From: a virus
Lineage: Duplodnaviria; Caudoviricetes
Length of the DNA: 61,797 bases
Strand: one strand, 5' to 3'
Virus record (IMG/VR): IMGVR_UViG_3300037280_000106
Location: 1-61,797 of that record
In this document: positions 1 to 9,910 of the stretch, in pieces
Position numbering within the stretch: the first letter of the stretch is position 1
How the letters are laid out: every line of letters starts with the position of its first letter
The notes under the pieces: generated by a model
Databases searched by the model: none
Told to the model about the DNA's origin: nothing
What the model saw: only the letters and a program-made list of their open reading frames with translations
Made by a program: the position numbers and the translations under genes

Positions 1-7
1 CATAATT

Positions 8-406
8 GTGTCTGCAAGAAACAAGCCAAATAAGCAAATTATTATCTACAGAGCAGTGCCAAAGGTATTAAGCAATGAAGAAAAAATTTGGGACTATAAG
101 AAGCAACAAGCATATATTCAAAAGTATGGCAAAATGCCACCAAATATTGATAACTGGAAGAATCGAAGCGAGTACTACGGGTATTTATCTGATGAAATTG
201 ACAAGTTGTCTAAAATGCCAGAGGAAGATTTCGACAAAATAAAAATTAGTGATGGCGATTGGGTGACAATTGATTTGCCTTATGCTAAAGTACATGGCGA
301 CAGTAATTTAGGCAAGGGTAAATATAGAATATTGAGAAAGACGGTGTCAGCACATAACTTGTATACCGATGGAAACAGTATGCATGAATGGGGTTATAAC
401 ATATAA
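8..406 (+). CDS. Hypothetical protein, possible ADP-ribosyltransferase-like fold; may begin upstream of the window
   Basis: IYRAVP...GDWVT...YA..H...EWGY gives an R-S/T-E-like pattern; recognised by eye only. Confidence 0.35.
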   Translation: MSARNKPNKQIIIYRAVPKVLSNEEKIWDYKKQQAYIQKYGKMPPNIDNWKNRSEYYGYLSDEIDKLSKMPEEDFDKIKISDGDWVTIDLPYAKVHGDSNLGKGKYRILRKTVSAHNLYTDGNSMHEWGYNI

Positions 407-408
407 TT

Positions 409-1068
409 ATGAAATTATCAGAAATAATCAACGAAGAAATTAACGAAATGGCTTATCCAGCCTCTTTCAGCATGGAAGCATTTAAGAATGCCAGATCATT
501 CGCTGCAAAGGCTAAGTATTGCGCAGAGAGGCTACAGAGGATATCATCAGGTTCAGGTAGGATTGTTTATAAGATCGACGAAGAAAAGGTCTTAAAACTG
601 GCTAAGAATCAAAAAGGAATAGCTCAGAACGAAATGGAATCAGATCAGTACGTTCAGCAACAATATGGCGATATCGTCACAAAATGTTTTGAGTGGGATG
701 ATACTGATAATTATTGGGTGGAAATGGAATTAGCTCAAAAAATGTCTGCTGGCGAGTTTAAAAGAATAGTCGGCGTACCTTTGAATGGCGAAAATTCTTT
801 AGAAATGTGGCTTACTCAAACATTTAAGAATACAAGGGAAAAAGTTTCACCAGAGGTTAATGAATTCTTAGGCGAATCCGAATTTGGTTATAGCCTACAA
901 GACTTTATAGGAAGCTACGGAATGCAGATGTATGACCTTTTTAGACTAAGTTCTTGGGGCAAAGTAAAAAGAGACGGCAAGGATGCTGCTGTTATTGTGG
1001 ACTTTGGACTAAGCGAAGGCGTATGGAAAGACCATTATGCTCCAAAAAAACAACAAAATAGGTGGTAA
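409..1068 (+). CDS. Protein-kinase-like fold protein, possibly virion-packaged
   Basis: Gly loop GSGRIVY, VLKLAK, QNEME helix Glu, IVDFGL (DFG); N-terminal IINEEINE. Confidence 0.55.
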   Translation: MKLSEIINEEINEMAYPASFSMEAFKNARSFAAKAKYCAERLQRISSGSGRIVYKIDEEKVLKLAKNQKGIAQNEMESDQYVQQQYGDIVTKCFEWDDTDNYWVEMELAQKMSAGEFKRIVGVPLNGENSLEMWLTQTFKNTREKVSPEVNEFLGESEFGYSLQDFIGSYGMQMYDLFRLSSWGKVKRDGKDAAVIVDFGLSEGVWKDHYAPKKQQNRW

Positions 1069-1115
1069 GTTGTAACCTTTATTTATGAATTACGTATTTA
1101 TATAAAAATATTGAC

Positions 1116-1580
1116 ATGAGAACTGATAAAATACTTATTAAAGAGGATTACGTTTCAAGATTACGTGACCTTGCTGGCATATCAACAGTTATCAATGAGG
1201 ACGTTGACAAAATCTTAATCAAAGAAGATATGGATGCACCTGTTGAAACAGTGCTTAACGGCATGAGCAATCAGAAAGCAAGAACATATGTTGGAAACGT
1301 TGCAAGAAAAGCCTTTCACACAGGTATTTATAGAGACGATTCATGGCAACCAGTAGCCGCAATCTACAAAGCATTAGATAATGCTGGCATTGACTACGAT
1401 ATGACAGGTTCACAGTATTCGCCTGAATTTCCAAATACATATAAGAAATGGGAACTCACTTTCAAGTTTACAAACGACAAAGGTAGACCCAGCGAGTTGC
1501 ATGGACAAATAATGGCGGCTGGTGCAGGTTCAGTTGAACAGCCATTAGACAGATATGATATGAACTTCACGATATATTAA
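1116..1580 (+). CDS. Hypothetical, probable late/virion protein
   Basis: GTATTTAT at 1094; N-terminal RLRDLAGI and repeated DKILIKED/INE motifs. Confidence 0.45.
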   Translation: MRTDKILIKEDYVSRLRDLAGISTVINEDVDKILIKEDMDAPVETVLNGMSNQKARTYVGNVARKAFHTGIYRDDSWQPVAAIYKALDNAGIDYDMTGSQYSPEFPNTYKKWELTFKFTNDKGRPSELHGQIMAAGAGSVEQPLDRYDMNFTIY

Positions 1581-1675
1581 ATTCCGTTTTTAAGCTCACC
1601 TCGAAAAGGTTATGAAATATTCATTTATTTTGTAACCTTTTTTTGTTTTCATCGTATAAGCTATAAACAATTACA

Positions 1676-2023
1676 ATGAAAGTAATAATTGCTGGCGGCA
1701 GAGACTTTTACGACTATAAGAAATTAAAGTCAGCTTGCTCGTATTTCTTGAAAAATGAGCCAAATGCAGAGATTGTAAGCGGTGCTGCTAATGGGGCAGA
1801 CAAGCTTGGCGAACGATATGCCAGAGAACATGGACTAAGAATATCAAGTCACCCTGCTGATTGGGATAGGTATAAAAAGAGTGCTGGCTACATTCGAAAT
1901 AAAGAAATGGCAGAATATGCTGATGCTTTAATCGCTTTCTGGGATGGTAAAAGCAAAGGTACTAAGCACATGATTGACCTTGCCAGAGAGCATGGATTAA
2001 AAGTTCGAGTAATTTCTTATTAA
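1676..2023 (+). CDS. YspA-like SLOG family protein (DUF2493-like)
   Basis: KVIIAGGRDF, IVSGAANGAD, AGYIRNKEMA, AFWDGKSKGTKHMI. Confidence 0.85.
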   Translation: MKVIIAGGRDFYDYKKLKSACSYFLKNEPNAEIVSGAANGADKLGERYAREHGLRISSHPADWDRYKKSAGYIRNKEMAEYADALIAFWDGKSKGTKHMIDLAREHGLKVRVISY

Positions 2024-2082
2024 TTTTGTAACCTTTTTAAAAACACAACGTATAAGCACATATAACAATTAAAAATAAAGCA

Positions 2083-2682
2083 ATGATTTTAGCAAACATC
2101 ACAACATATATCGGTCAAGACGCTGACGCTCAGCATTATTACTGTAGTTACGTAAAAAAGACTTGTGATGGTCTTCCTAAAGAACATTATAGCGAAGGAA
2201 GTTCCGACAGAGAATACTTGTCAAGAATTGTTGACGATCCTCTGGAAGTGAAAAGAATGAAAGCATCTGGCAGTCGATGGTACATTGGACAAGTGACAAC
2301 ACAATATGTTTCAATTGATCAAATTCACCAACAATTAAAAACAACGTTTGCTGATCAAGATATTATCACTTACTATGAACATAGGCTTTTCAAAAATACT
2401 ATGTTTATCAAAGACGGCGTCGATGTTGGTATAGCTATCTTCGGCGAAATATGGACAACTGTTCCTAGCTCGTACTATAAGGATTTGATTTCTGACGATG
2501 TTATAGTTAAGATCAGATGTTGTTATTGCGGTCATGAGTACACACTTGACGAAGTAACATACCAACAAGATACCATTGATAATGACGGCAATAAAAGAGA
2601 TTGGGTTCGATTTACAAGGAAACGAGACATGGACGATACATGTTGCAGAGAATTTGATTTAGAATGGAACGTAACGCTATGA
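2083..2682 (+). CDS. Hypothetical protein with Cys pairs
   Basis: ORF downstream of the promoter motif at 2027; CCYCG...CC. Confidence 0.55.
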   Translation: MILANITTYIGQDADAQHYYCSYVKKTCDGLPKEHYSEGSSDREYLSRIVDDPLEVKRMKASGSRWYIGQVTTQYVSIDQIHQQLKTTFADQDIITYYEHRLFKNTMFIKDGVDVGIAIFGEIWTTVPSSYYKDLISDDVIVKIRCCYCGHEYTLDEVTYQQDTIDNDGNKRDWVRFTRKRDMDDTCCREFDLEWNVTL

Positions 2683-3026
2683 ACGACGAAAAATATCTCA
2701 AGGCTTTAAAATATCTCAATCATGCAACAATAAAAAGATTATTTGAGTTGAATGATGGCAAGATTGACGATTTCTTTGTCAGGGGTGTGGCACGCATTAT
2801 TAGCCATACACGTAATTTAAAAGCTATTGACAGTACTGGCTTGCTGTTGGTAAATGATGATACCGAAGAAATTAGTGTTAATATTCATACGGCGCATATT
2901 CATCCTAGTAAGATCATTGACTATGAGGTTGTCGGCGACTATGTACGAGTTGCTTTAATCGAACAAAGACTTTACAAGTCAACATCAGTAGTTCTTTACG
3001 CAGAAATTAATAAACAATTATTATGA
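2664..3026 (+). CDS. Hypothetical protein
   Basis: ORF packed between and overlapping its neighbours. Confidence 0.5.
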   Translation: MERNAMNDEKYLKALKYLNHATIKRLFELNDGKIDDFFVRGVARIISHTRNLKAIDSTGLLLVNDDTEEISVNIHTAHIHPSKIIDYEVVGDYVRVALIEQRLYKSTSVVLYAEINKQLL

Positions 3027-3244
3027 AAAAGTGGGAATACAAATACGTTAAATCTGATTACATTGATAATCATCGTCATGATCTAACTGAGTATCTGAAT
3101 ACGATGGGCGAAGAAGGATGGGAACTTGTCACATGCACAGTCCATGACAGCGGATATGCTGGCGACAGTACTCATATCGAGAATCTTGTTTTCAAAAGAA
3201 AAATAGAGAAAGCCGTAAAGAAATCGGATATTACTCTCTGTTAA
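3023..3244 (+). CDS. DUF4177-like small protein
   Basis: KWEYK...LNTMGEEGWELV signature. Confidence 0.7.
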   Translation: MKKWEYKYVKSDYIDNHRHDLTEYLNTMGEEGWELVTCTVHDSGYAGDSTHIENLVFKRKIEKAVKKSDITLC

Positions 3245-3426
3245 AGATATTGCGGAATGCACGTAGATATCAACGTAAATTATAGAGATTTCTAAAGGGA
3301 ATCATAACAGTAGCGATATTTCTCTAACTTGCGTGGTTGAGAAATATCTATATAATTAAACTCCAAAGGGAATCACAAGATAATAAAGGGGTGGGAAAAA
3401 TAGTTATGGATAGAAAGCCTGTAGTG

Positions 3427-3936
3427 TTACTTACAGGCTTTCTTCTTTGGTAGAATACTATCCTTAATATCTAACAGGTCAGAGGTTTTGATCAGTACTG
3501 TTTTTTCATTTTTTCGGGGTCTACAATAAAATCTATATAATTCTGGCGTATGAACAATACGTAAGTCTTTAACTTTATCAATAATAAATTTCTGCAATGC
3601 AGCCTTTGTGACGACTATAAACGAATTTATTTGCTCAAATGCGAAATAGTCTGCTTCGCCAAATAGCCAACCTGCTCTACCGTCAAGCATAAGCTCAACC
3701 CATTGGATATTTTCATTTGTTGATTCGTCATGTCTGTTAACGCTTTTCAATCCTTTGATTTCAAACTTTTTAGTAACTTGCTGAGGCGTACCCATAAAAA
3801 AAATCACAGCCCTGTCCCAATGCTCAAACATATTTTGAGACTTTGTTGCTTCATATGTATTTGGAAATAAGGCAGCAAATTCATCTTCAACCAATTCACC
3901 TATTGCTCGGCATCTTTCCTTTTCTTCTTCTAACAT
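3427..3936 (-). CDS. Putative PD-(D/E)xK nuclease-fold protein, divergent from the cas operon
   Basis: E...HWD...FEIKG, WVEL, GWLFGEADYFAFE; minus-strand TATATTTG promoter-like site near 3952-3959. Confidence 0.5.
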   Translation of the reverse strand: MLEEEKERCRAIGELVEDEFAALFPNTYEATKSQNMFEHWDRAVIFFMGTPQQVTKKFEIKGLKSVNRHDESTNENIQWVELMLDGRAGWLFGEADYFAFEQINSFIVVTKAALQKFIIDKVKDLRIVHTPELYRFYCRPRKNEKTVLIKTSDLLDIKDSILPKKKACK

Positions 3937-3990
3937 ATATTAAGTATTTTTGCAAATATATGCCATTATATTGAAAAAAGAAAGTATTTT

Positions 3991-4019
3991 TGTAACATTA
4001 TTAAATTAATAACGTATAA
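3991..4019 (+). promoter_or_regulatory. ECF-like phage promoter TGTAAC-N16-CGTATAA upstream of cas5 (one of 28 copies)
   Basis: tgtaac attattaaattaataa cgtataa; the same motif precedes many operons. Confidence 0.8.
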
Positions 4020-4037
4020 TCACTAAAATAAATACAT

Positions 4038-4607
4038 ATGCATGCAGTAAAATATACAGGAGACTTTGGTTTTATAAAGCCTTTTTCAGCATTAAGAGAC
4101 ATTAAAACATATAGCGTCTTAGGCTTAACGCCGTCAATTGTTATGGGCATTGAAACTAAATTATTTGGCGATTGTGCCAATAGAATCATTAGTCACAGAC
4201 TTTCATTTACAAATATTGTTTCAATGAAAGAACAAGCAACGTCAATTGGATATAAGATTGATAAAAATAAAAATAATACTTATCGTAAAAAGATTGGTTC
4301 AGTTATTGAAAGATTTGTGTTAGTAAATCCGTGTCTATATTTATTAGTTAATACGATAGAAGAAGCTGAGGAAATGAGTTGCCAAAACATAAGGCTTACT
4401 CGCAACGAAGAAATATTATTTCCAAGTAAAGACATTATCACTGTTAATGATCAAAATGCTTTTGATAGTGACGATTTTGAAGGCTACGAATTGGTATCAT
4501 GCGATGAAAACAATTTAAATGGTCAGTACTATGGCTCAAACAAATATACTGGTAAAGATCAGTATGCCTTTATGAAAGTCGTAGGAATACCAGAAGTCTT
4601 GAAATAA
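4038..4607 (+). CDS. cas5: CRISPR-associated Cas5 (type I-B-like)
   Basis: N-terminal YTGDFGFIKPF..RD..TYS...TPS RAMP motif; first gene of the cas operon. Confidence 0.75.
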   Translation: MHAVKYTGDFGFIKPFSALRDIKTYSVLGLTPSIVMGIETKLFGDCANRIISHRLSFTNIVSMKEQATSIGYKIDKNKNNTYRKKIGSVIERFVLVNPCLYLLVNTIEEAEEMSCQNIRLTRNEEILFPSKDIITVNDQNAFDSDDFEGYELVSCDENNLNGQYYGSNKYTGKDQYAFMKVVGIPEVLK

Positions 4608-6742
4608 TGGATAAAAGACACTTAGATGTACTTGCAAAAAGTATGCCTGATGGTACTTCACTATATCATCACCTATATGATGTTGGTCAGACTGCAAGAA
4701 TTTTCGCAAAGCACTTAAATTTTAATAGTGATACTGCTCAAAAAGGTGGGATATTCCATGATATAGGTAAAGCATCCACGCTTCAACAAGAAGTATTTGA
4801 CGTTGATTATGTAGACAATATTAATCGTGAAGTTTTTAGGCATGAGATATGTTCATTATTCTTTTTGTCATGTTTCGATAAAAGCATATGGAATGACTTA
4901 ATAGACTACGTGTCAGGACATCATAAATCGGTTGTAGATGATGCAAAACTACGAGGACTAATCGATCTAGTTGATATATATGGCTTCGATTATGTATTTG
5001 AGAGACATGCTACTAATTTCGAGCAATGGTCTGAAATGGCTCTTGATATATTGGAAAGTTTGGGGATTGAGCGAGTTGTACTAACGAGGGAAATGGCTAA
5101 AGATAACTTATTATATGCTTATAATTATCTATGTGCTGCAATTGAGAATAATAGTATCAGCAAACTCAGAGGCGTTTTAATTGGCTCAGACCATTTTGCG
5201 TCGGCTTTAAGGTACTCAACAATGAGACAACTTAATCGATTATTTAAAATTCCAAATATCGATTTTTATCATAATAGAGTATCAGATGAAAAATTATATC
5301 CTTTAGCATTCAAAACGATTGACTCAATAAAGCCACACACAATTATCATTGCGCCAACTGGAAGTGGTAAAACTGATTGCGTGATGAAAAGAACCAGAGG
5401 AAGAATCATGTATACATTACCTCAAACAGTTTCTATAAATTCAATGTATCAAAGACTTAAAAATAATTTAAGTGCTGATAATGAGGATTTAGATATCAGA
5501 GTGCTGCATTCAACGTCCAGAATAGTTGTTGATAATGGTAATATTACTGAAAAAGTAATGCAATCAAAAATAGGCGCATCGATCAAGGTAACGACGCCGC
5601 ACCAACTTCTTGAAATAGTATTTGGTGTGCAAGGCTATGAAGCAACTGTATGCGATCTAATTGGGTGTGACATAATACTGGATGAAATTCATACGTACTC
5701 TGATAAGATTCAGGCGTCTGTAGTAAAAATGATTGAACTATTGAATATGCTCGATTGTCGCATACATATCTGTACAGCAACTATATCATCAAAGCTTAAA
5801 GACAAAATTATTTCCATCTTAGGCGAAGATAATATTGAGATAATTACTCTAACAAAAGAAGAAACGAATACTTATGATAGGCATATAATACATAAGCATG
5901 ACATACGAACAAAGAACAATACACTTGATGATAAACTTATCGAAATTGTAACTAACACCGTAAAGAAAAACGAAAAAGTATTAATTGTAAAAAATCAGGT
6001 GGCGCATTCACAAATTGTTTACAATCAAATTGCGCCAATGTTTCCTGATATACCTGTTATTCTAATACATAGTCGTTTTAAAAGAGGTGCAAGAATTGAA
6101 TTAGAAAGAAAACTGACAGAGCTTAATTATGACAGAGATTCAGCATGTATTGTCATTGCCACACAAGTAGTCGAAGTAAGCTTGGATATAAGCTTGCACG
6201 TACTTATAACAGACTGCGCAACCATTGACGCATTAATACAACGATTGGGTAGAATAAATCGAATTCGTAATGCATCGACACTAGGCTTATTAATGCATGC
6301 GTACATAATTAAGCCACCAACATCAGATTATGAAGCCAACCCATATTCATTAAGATATTTAAATAAAACTTACGATGTTTTAAGGGATGGACAGGTTTTA
6401 AGAGAATGTGATCTGCAAAAATATATTGATTATGTGTATGACGATGTTGAGTTTACGTCAATAGATGCTGAGAGCATTTTGGTTAACGGAAAAATAGTTA
6501 TACCAAAATTAACGCATCATGCGAGATCATGCCTTTATAAACAATTTGATATATCGTCTGCGGTACTGATAACAAATTGTGATGTTGATGCGTATATCGA
6601 AGCGAATTTTGAGGAAAAGCTTAAGTTTGAAATACCTGTTCAGTTTTACACAATCGGAAAGTTGAACTTAAAACAGTTGCCAACAGGTGCATTTATTATT
6701 CCTGATAATTTCTATGACGAAAAATTAGGATTAATATTATAA
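4607..6742 (+). CDS. cas3: CRISPR-associated nuclease-helicase Cas3
   Basis: HD domain (HH, FHDIGK, RHE, GHH, SDH) and SF2 helicase (APTGSGKT, DEIH, TAT, HSRF, ATQVVEVSLDI, QRLGRINR). Confidence 0.95.
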   Translation: MDKRHLDVLAKSMPDGTSLYHHLYDVGQTARIFAKHLNFNSDTAQKGGIFHDIGKASTLQQEVFDVDYVDNINREVFRHEICSLFFLSCFDKSIWNDLIDYVSGHHKSVVDDAKLRGLIDLVDIYGFDYVFERHATNFEQWSEMALDILESLGIERVVLTREMAKDNLLYAYNYLCAAIENNSISKLRGVLIGSDHFASALRYSTMRQLNRLFKIPNIDFYHNRVSDEKLYPLAFKTIDSIKPHTIIIAPTGSGKTDCVMKRTRGRIMYTLPQTVSINSMYQRLKNNLSADNEDLDIRVLHSTSRIVVDNGNITEKVMQSKIGASIKVTTPHQLLEIVFGVQGYEATVCDLIGCDIILDEIHTYSDKIQASVVKMIELLNMLDCRIHICTATISSKLKDKIISILGEDNIEIITLTKEETNTYDRHIIHKHDIRTKNNTLDDKLIEIVTNTVKKNEKVLIVKNQVAHSQIVYNQIAPMFPDIPVILIHSRFKRGARIELERKLTELNYDRDSACIVIATQVVEVSLDISLHVLITDCATIDALIQRLGRINRIRNASTLGLLMHAYIIKPPTSDYEANPYSLRYLNKTYDVLRDGQVLRECDLQKYIDYVYDDVEFTSIDAESILVNGKIVIPKLTHHARSCLYKQFDISSAVLITNCDVDAYIEANFEEKLKFEIPVQFYTIGKLNLKQLPTGAFIIPDNFYDEKLGLIL

Positions 6743-6747
6743 AACAC

Positions 6748-6778
6748 TTGCTTATTAATATTATTTGAAATATCTTTG
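6748..6778 (+). promoter_or_regulatory. Bacteroidota housekeeping-type promoter (TTG...TATCTTTG) upstream of cas8
   Basis: TAnnTTTG -7 element with an upstream TTG in the cas3-cas8 gap. Confidence 0.55.
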
Positions 6779-6801
6779 TAAAAAATTAAAAAACTGTAAA
6801 T

Positions 6802-8094
6802 ATGATCGTCTCCAAATATGGTAAATTATTTCTTGACTATTACAATCAAAAAAATAATTGTGCGATAACACCCAAAGAATTTGTGACTGATAAGCTACTA
6901 CCATTTTTATATAATGGCAAAAGACTTATGTTTGTAATGAATTCAATTTTCACAAACCCAAGCAACAAAAAGTATTCTTTTGATGCTAAATTAAAGATGT
7001 TTGTTGAGGGAGTGGAAAACGGCGCATGCGACGCCAGTATTGTCATTGGCGGATTTGCAAAAGGTTTTGATGCCACTACAAGCTTTAATGTTGCTCTGGA
7101 TTACATTCCTAAATATAATGAAGATGATGTTTATTTAAGCTGGATTGGCGGTGCTCTCAGTGTTTCACTAGATACTAACAACATACAGTTTTTATTCAAT
7201 AGTCCTGAAATATTGTATGATATTTATACAGGATGGGAGCGATTAAACGTACTAAACAATGACCCAATTTACAAAGATTTTAGCGAAAATCAAATTAACA
7301 CGTATAATGGCTTATGGTTAAATTATCTCGCAAAGAAATCTAAACGTCCGTCAACACCTGAATTTAACCCTTATATTGATTCGGCTATAAAAAAGGGTGA
7401 TTCGTCATCGCTTATCAATACGTCATGGATATCGCTTTTATTTAATTTAGGCAACAGATATAATTATGATATGGTAAACGCTTATGTTTTCAGATATGTG
7501 AGAGATAATTTTACGTATGGTAATGTGAGCATTTATTTGAAAAAAATGAGCAATATAATTGAATATTTTAGATCAAATTTTGAAGGATATGACTACCTAA
7601 GCACCTTGGAAAATTATGAGAAGGTTGTCGGTAGAAATTCTTTAGACGCAATTTGTCGCTATGGCGTAATTGGCTTAATTCCTTTAAAACCTGAAATATT
7701 AAGGCTTGAGGAAAAATCATATTCTAAAGATGCTGATAAGAATAAATGTTACAACAATATTAATGCTTACGATCAAAAATTTATTAATTTATATATTATG
7801 TCGAAATTAAAATTTACAGACGATCAATTAGATAGCATCGTTAAAGGATTGCACACGTTTAAGGATAGTCCATCAACAAAAAGTAGCGGCACAAAAATTA
7901 TTGAGGAATTATGGAATGCTGGCAATAATTTAAAAGTCGTGAGTGTACTAACAAAGTTTGCCGAATACATTGGAAACGGAATTGAAAAGGAGACCATTTT
8001 ATCAATTGAAGCTCTTTTCAAATCAGAAAAAGTAATTGATTACAGAGAAATTATCGCTGTATTAAAATATAAGTATATAATGTTTAACAAATAA
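6802..8094 (+). CDS. cas8: Type I large subunit Cas8 (I-B-like), probably with an internally translated Cas11 from 7798
   Basis: 430 aa between cas3 and cas7; helical C-terminus; assigned mainly from gene order. Confidence 0.7.
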   Translation: MIVSKYGKLFLDYYNQKNNCAITPKEFVTDKLLPFLYNGKRLMFVMNSIFTNPSNKKYSFDAKLKMFVEGVENGACDASIVIGGFAKGFDATTSFNVALDYIPKYNEDDVYLSWIGGALSVSLDTNNIQFLFNSPEILYDIYTGWERLNVLNNDPIYKDFSENQINTYNGLWLNYLAKKSKRPSTPEFNPYIDSAIKKGDSSSLINTSWISLLFNLGNRYNYDMVNAYVFRYVRDNFTYGNVSIYLKKMSNIIEYFRSNFEGYDYLSTLENYEKVVGRNSLDAICRYGVIGLIPLKPEILRLEEKSYSKDADKNKCYNNINAYDQKFINLYIMSKLKFTDDQLDSIVKGLHTFKDSPSTKSSGTKIIEELWNAGNNLKVVSVLTKFAEYIGNGIEKETILSIEALFKSEKVIDYREIIAVLKYKYIMFNK

Positions 8095-8102
8095 AAATTG
8101 AA

Positions 8103-9203
8103 ATGAAAAAAAATTTAATGATTCGGGGTTTAAAAAAGATTGATTTTACTGTACTATGTGTCGATTCAGGACAGAAAACATATTATGATACAGTATCTGG
8201 TAGAAGCCTTCCATATTCTTCTGGACAACAGATTAAAAAGAGTATCATGAATAACATTTATGATAGCTCAGAATATTTTCCATCACCATTAATATTCTGG
8301 CATAATGCTGAGGGCGCAAAACTTACGCAAGGCGAAGTGATTCCTAAATGCGACCCAAGATACATTGATCAGTTACTTGCTGGATATATGGCTGCTGCCG
8401 CAAAAACTGACGGCGAACAAGAAGCCGTATTAAAAAGTAAAGCACATTTTGCCGTTAGCGCAATGACGCCATTTCACAGTAAATTGGCTGGATTGGTTGA
8501 AGAAAAGGTCATTATAAACAAAATTGACAATCCTGTATATAAACTTCGTAAAGTCGAGAAAAAAGGCGACAACGTTGAGCTATCTGAGTCTGAAATTATT
8601 GAATTCCTAAATGCAAACAATCAGAGATTCAGTAGTATTAAATTGATTCCATTAAAAAGTGGTGATCGTGCCCATAATCGTGCGAACGGAATCTTTAAAT
8701 ATGACGTTGATATCGATTTAGAGAGGCTTTTCAGGGTTTCTGTCTCATTGGGTAGTAATGAGATCAATTCAAAAATTGAAGGCGAATTAAAGGCTGCTGG
8801 TTGGAAAGAAGTGACTATTAAGAATATCACTTATCTCGAAATGCCGAAAGAATTTCATGATGAATATGCTGGCTTAATTGCACACGCCGTATTTAACTGG
8901 AAAATAACCTCAAATAATTCAAGGACATATGACAATATGGCAACCTTTGCAGCGGCTATTTGCACAGACGCAAAAGAAGTCCAGATATGTATGCAGTATG
9001 AGCCGTCAATTGACGACGACAATAAACTTGAAAAGGGCATTGCTTTGGATGGCGGTGGAAATGGTACAAAAATATTCTTAGAGAAATTTGCACTGGAATA
9101 TTTAAACATATCCTTTAATCCTGACGAAGTTACGCCAAAAAACAGAGCGATAACAGACGCTGAACAGTATGTAAAAGAAGCTATTCTCGAATACTATAAA
9201 TAA
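8103..9203 (+). CDS. cas7: CRISPR-associated Cas7 backbone subunit
   Basis: GQKTYYD...PYSSGQQIKKSI, DQLLAGYM, VSAMTPFH; 366 aa upstream of cas6. Confidence 0.8.
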   Translation: MKKNLMIRGLKKIDFTVLCVDSGQKTYYDTVSGRSLPYSSGQQIKKSIMNNIYDSSEYFPSPLIFWHNAEGAKLTQGEVIPKCDPRYIDQLLAGYMAAAAKTDGEQEAVLKSKAHFAVSAMTPFHSKLAGLVEEKVIINKIDNPVYKLRKVEKKGDNVELSESEIIEFLNANNQRFSSIKLIPLKSGDRAHNRANGIFKYDVDIDLERLFRVSVSLGSNEINSKIEGELKAAGWKEVTIKNITYLEMPKEFHDEYAGLIAHAVFNWKITSNNSRTYDNMATFAAAICTDAKEVQICMQYEPSIDDDNKLEKGIALDGGGNGTKIFLEKFALEYLNISFNPDEVTPKNRAITDAEQYVKEAILEYYK

Positions 9204-9208
9204 AAACA

Positions 9209-9910
9209 ATGAGATTCAAAATAACGTTGTCACCAAATGATACGTTGATTCCTTATAACTATAACGACATGATAATTAACTACATTCATGCCGTTATAGG
9301 AAAGGATAACTCGTTTCATGATAAGAAATCGCTATATTCAATTAGTGATCTATATCATCCTTATGATAGTAAGGGTACACCAAAAGGTATCGACTTTAAA
9401 AGCGGTGCGTACTTATTCGTGTCATCTGCCGACAATGAGTTTACAACCAAATTTCTGAGTAATGTATATGATCATCCTGTATTATTCAATGGCATGAAAA
9501 TAGAGTTGATTGAACTTGTACAAATGTACCCACAGAAGATTGCCGACAACACATACAAATATGTTGTCCAATCACCAGTTTTATTACAAAATAAAATAAA
9601 AAAGGATGATGGTAAGTCGTTTACAAACTTTTACACTTATGATGATGATGATCATCCTATTTATATGAAACGAATATTGCTAAGTAAACTCGATGAACTA
9701 AACATAGAATACGACCCGAACGATATTGAAATTTACTTCGATTCATCTTGTCGCAATAAACATATTAAATGGATTAAGGTTCATGGTATCAATAATAAAT
9801 GTTCCAGTTGTCCAGTTATTTTAAAAACAACAAATTCTCAAATACCACAAATACTTTTCGATATCGGAGTGGGACACAGCACAGGCTGTTGTTTTGGCTT
9901 TGTAAAATAA
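9209..9910 (+). CDS. cas6: CRISPR endoribonuclease Cas6
   Basis: MRFKI..IPYNY, SLYSIS, SPVLL, C-terminal G-rich loop GVGHSTGCCFG; adjacent to the array. Confidence 0.9.
   Translation: MRFKITLSPNDTLIPYNYNDMIINYIHAVIGKDNSFHDKKSLYSISDLYHPYDSKGTPKGIDFKSGAYLFVSSADNEFTTKFLSNVYDHPVLFNGMKIELIELVQMYPQKIADNTYKYVVQSPVLLQNKIKKDDGKSFTNFYTYDDDDHPIYMKRILLSKLDELNIEYDPNDIEIYFDSSCRNKHIKWIKVHGINNKCSSCPVILKTTNSQIPQILFDIGVGHSTGCCFGFVK

Noticed and set aside
3427-3936. Cas4 call
   Set aside because: Lacks the four-Cys Fe-S pattern and QxxxY motif
4030-4052. Chimera guide matching the cas5 start (TTA-CTGCAT on the minus strand), suggesting CreA-like autoregulation
   Set aside because: Only 6 nt match, which is not significant
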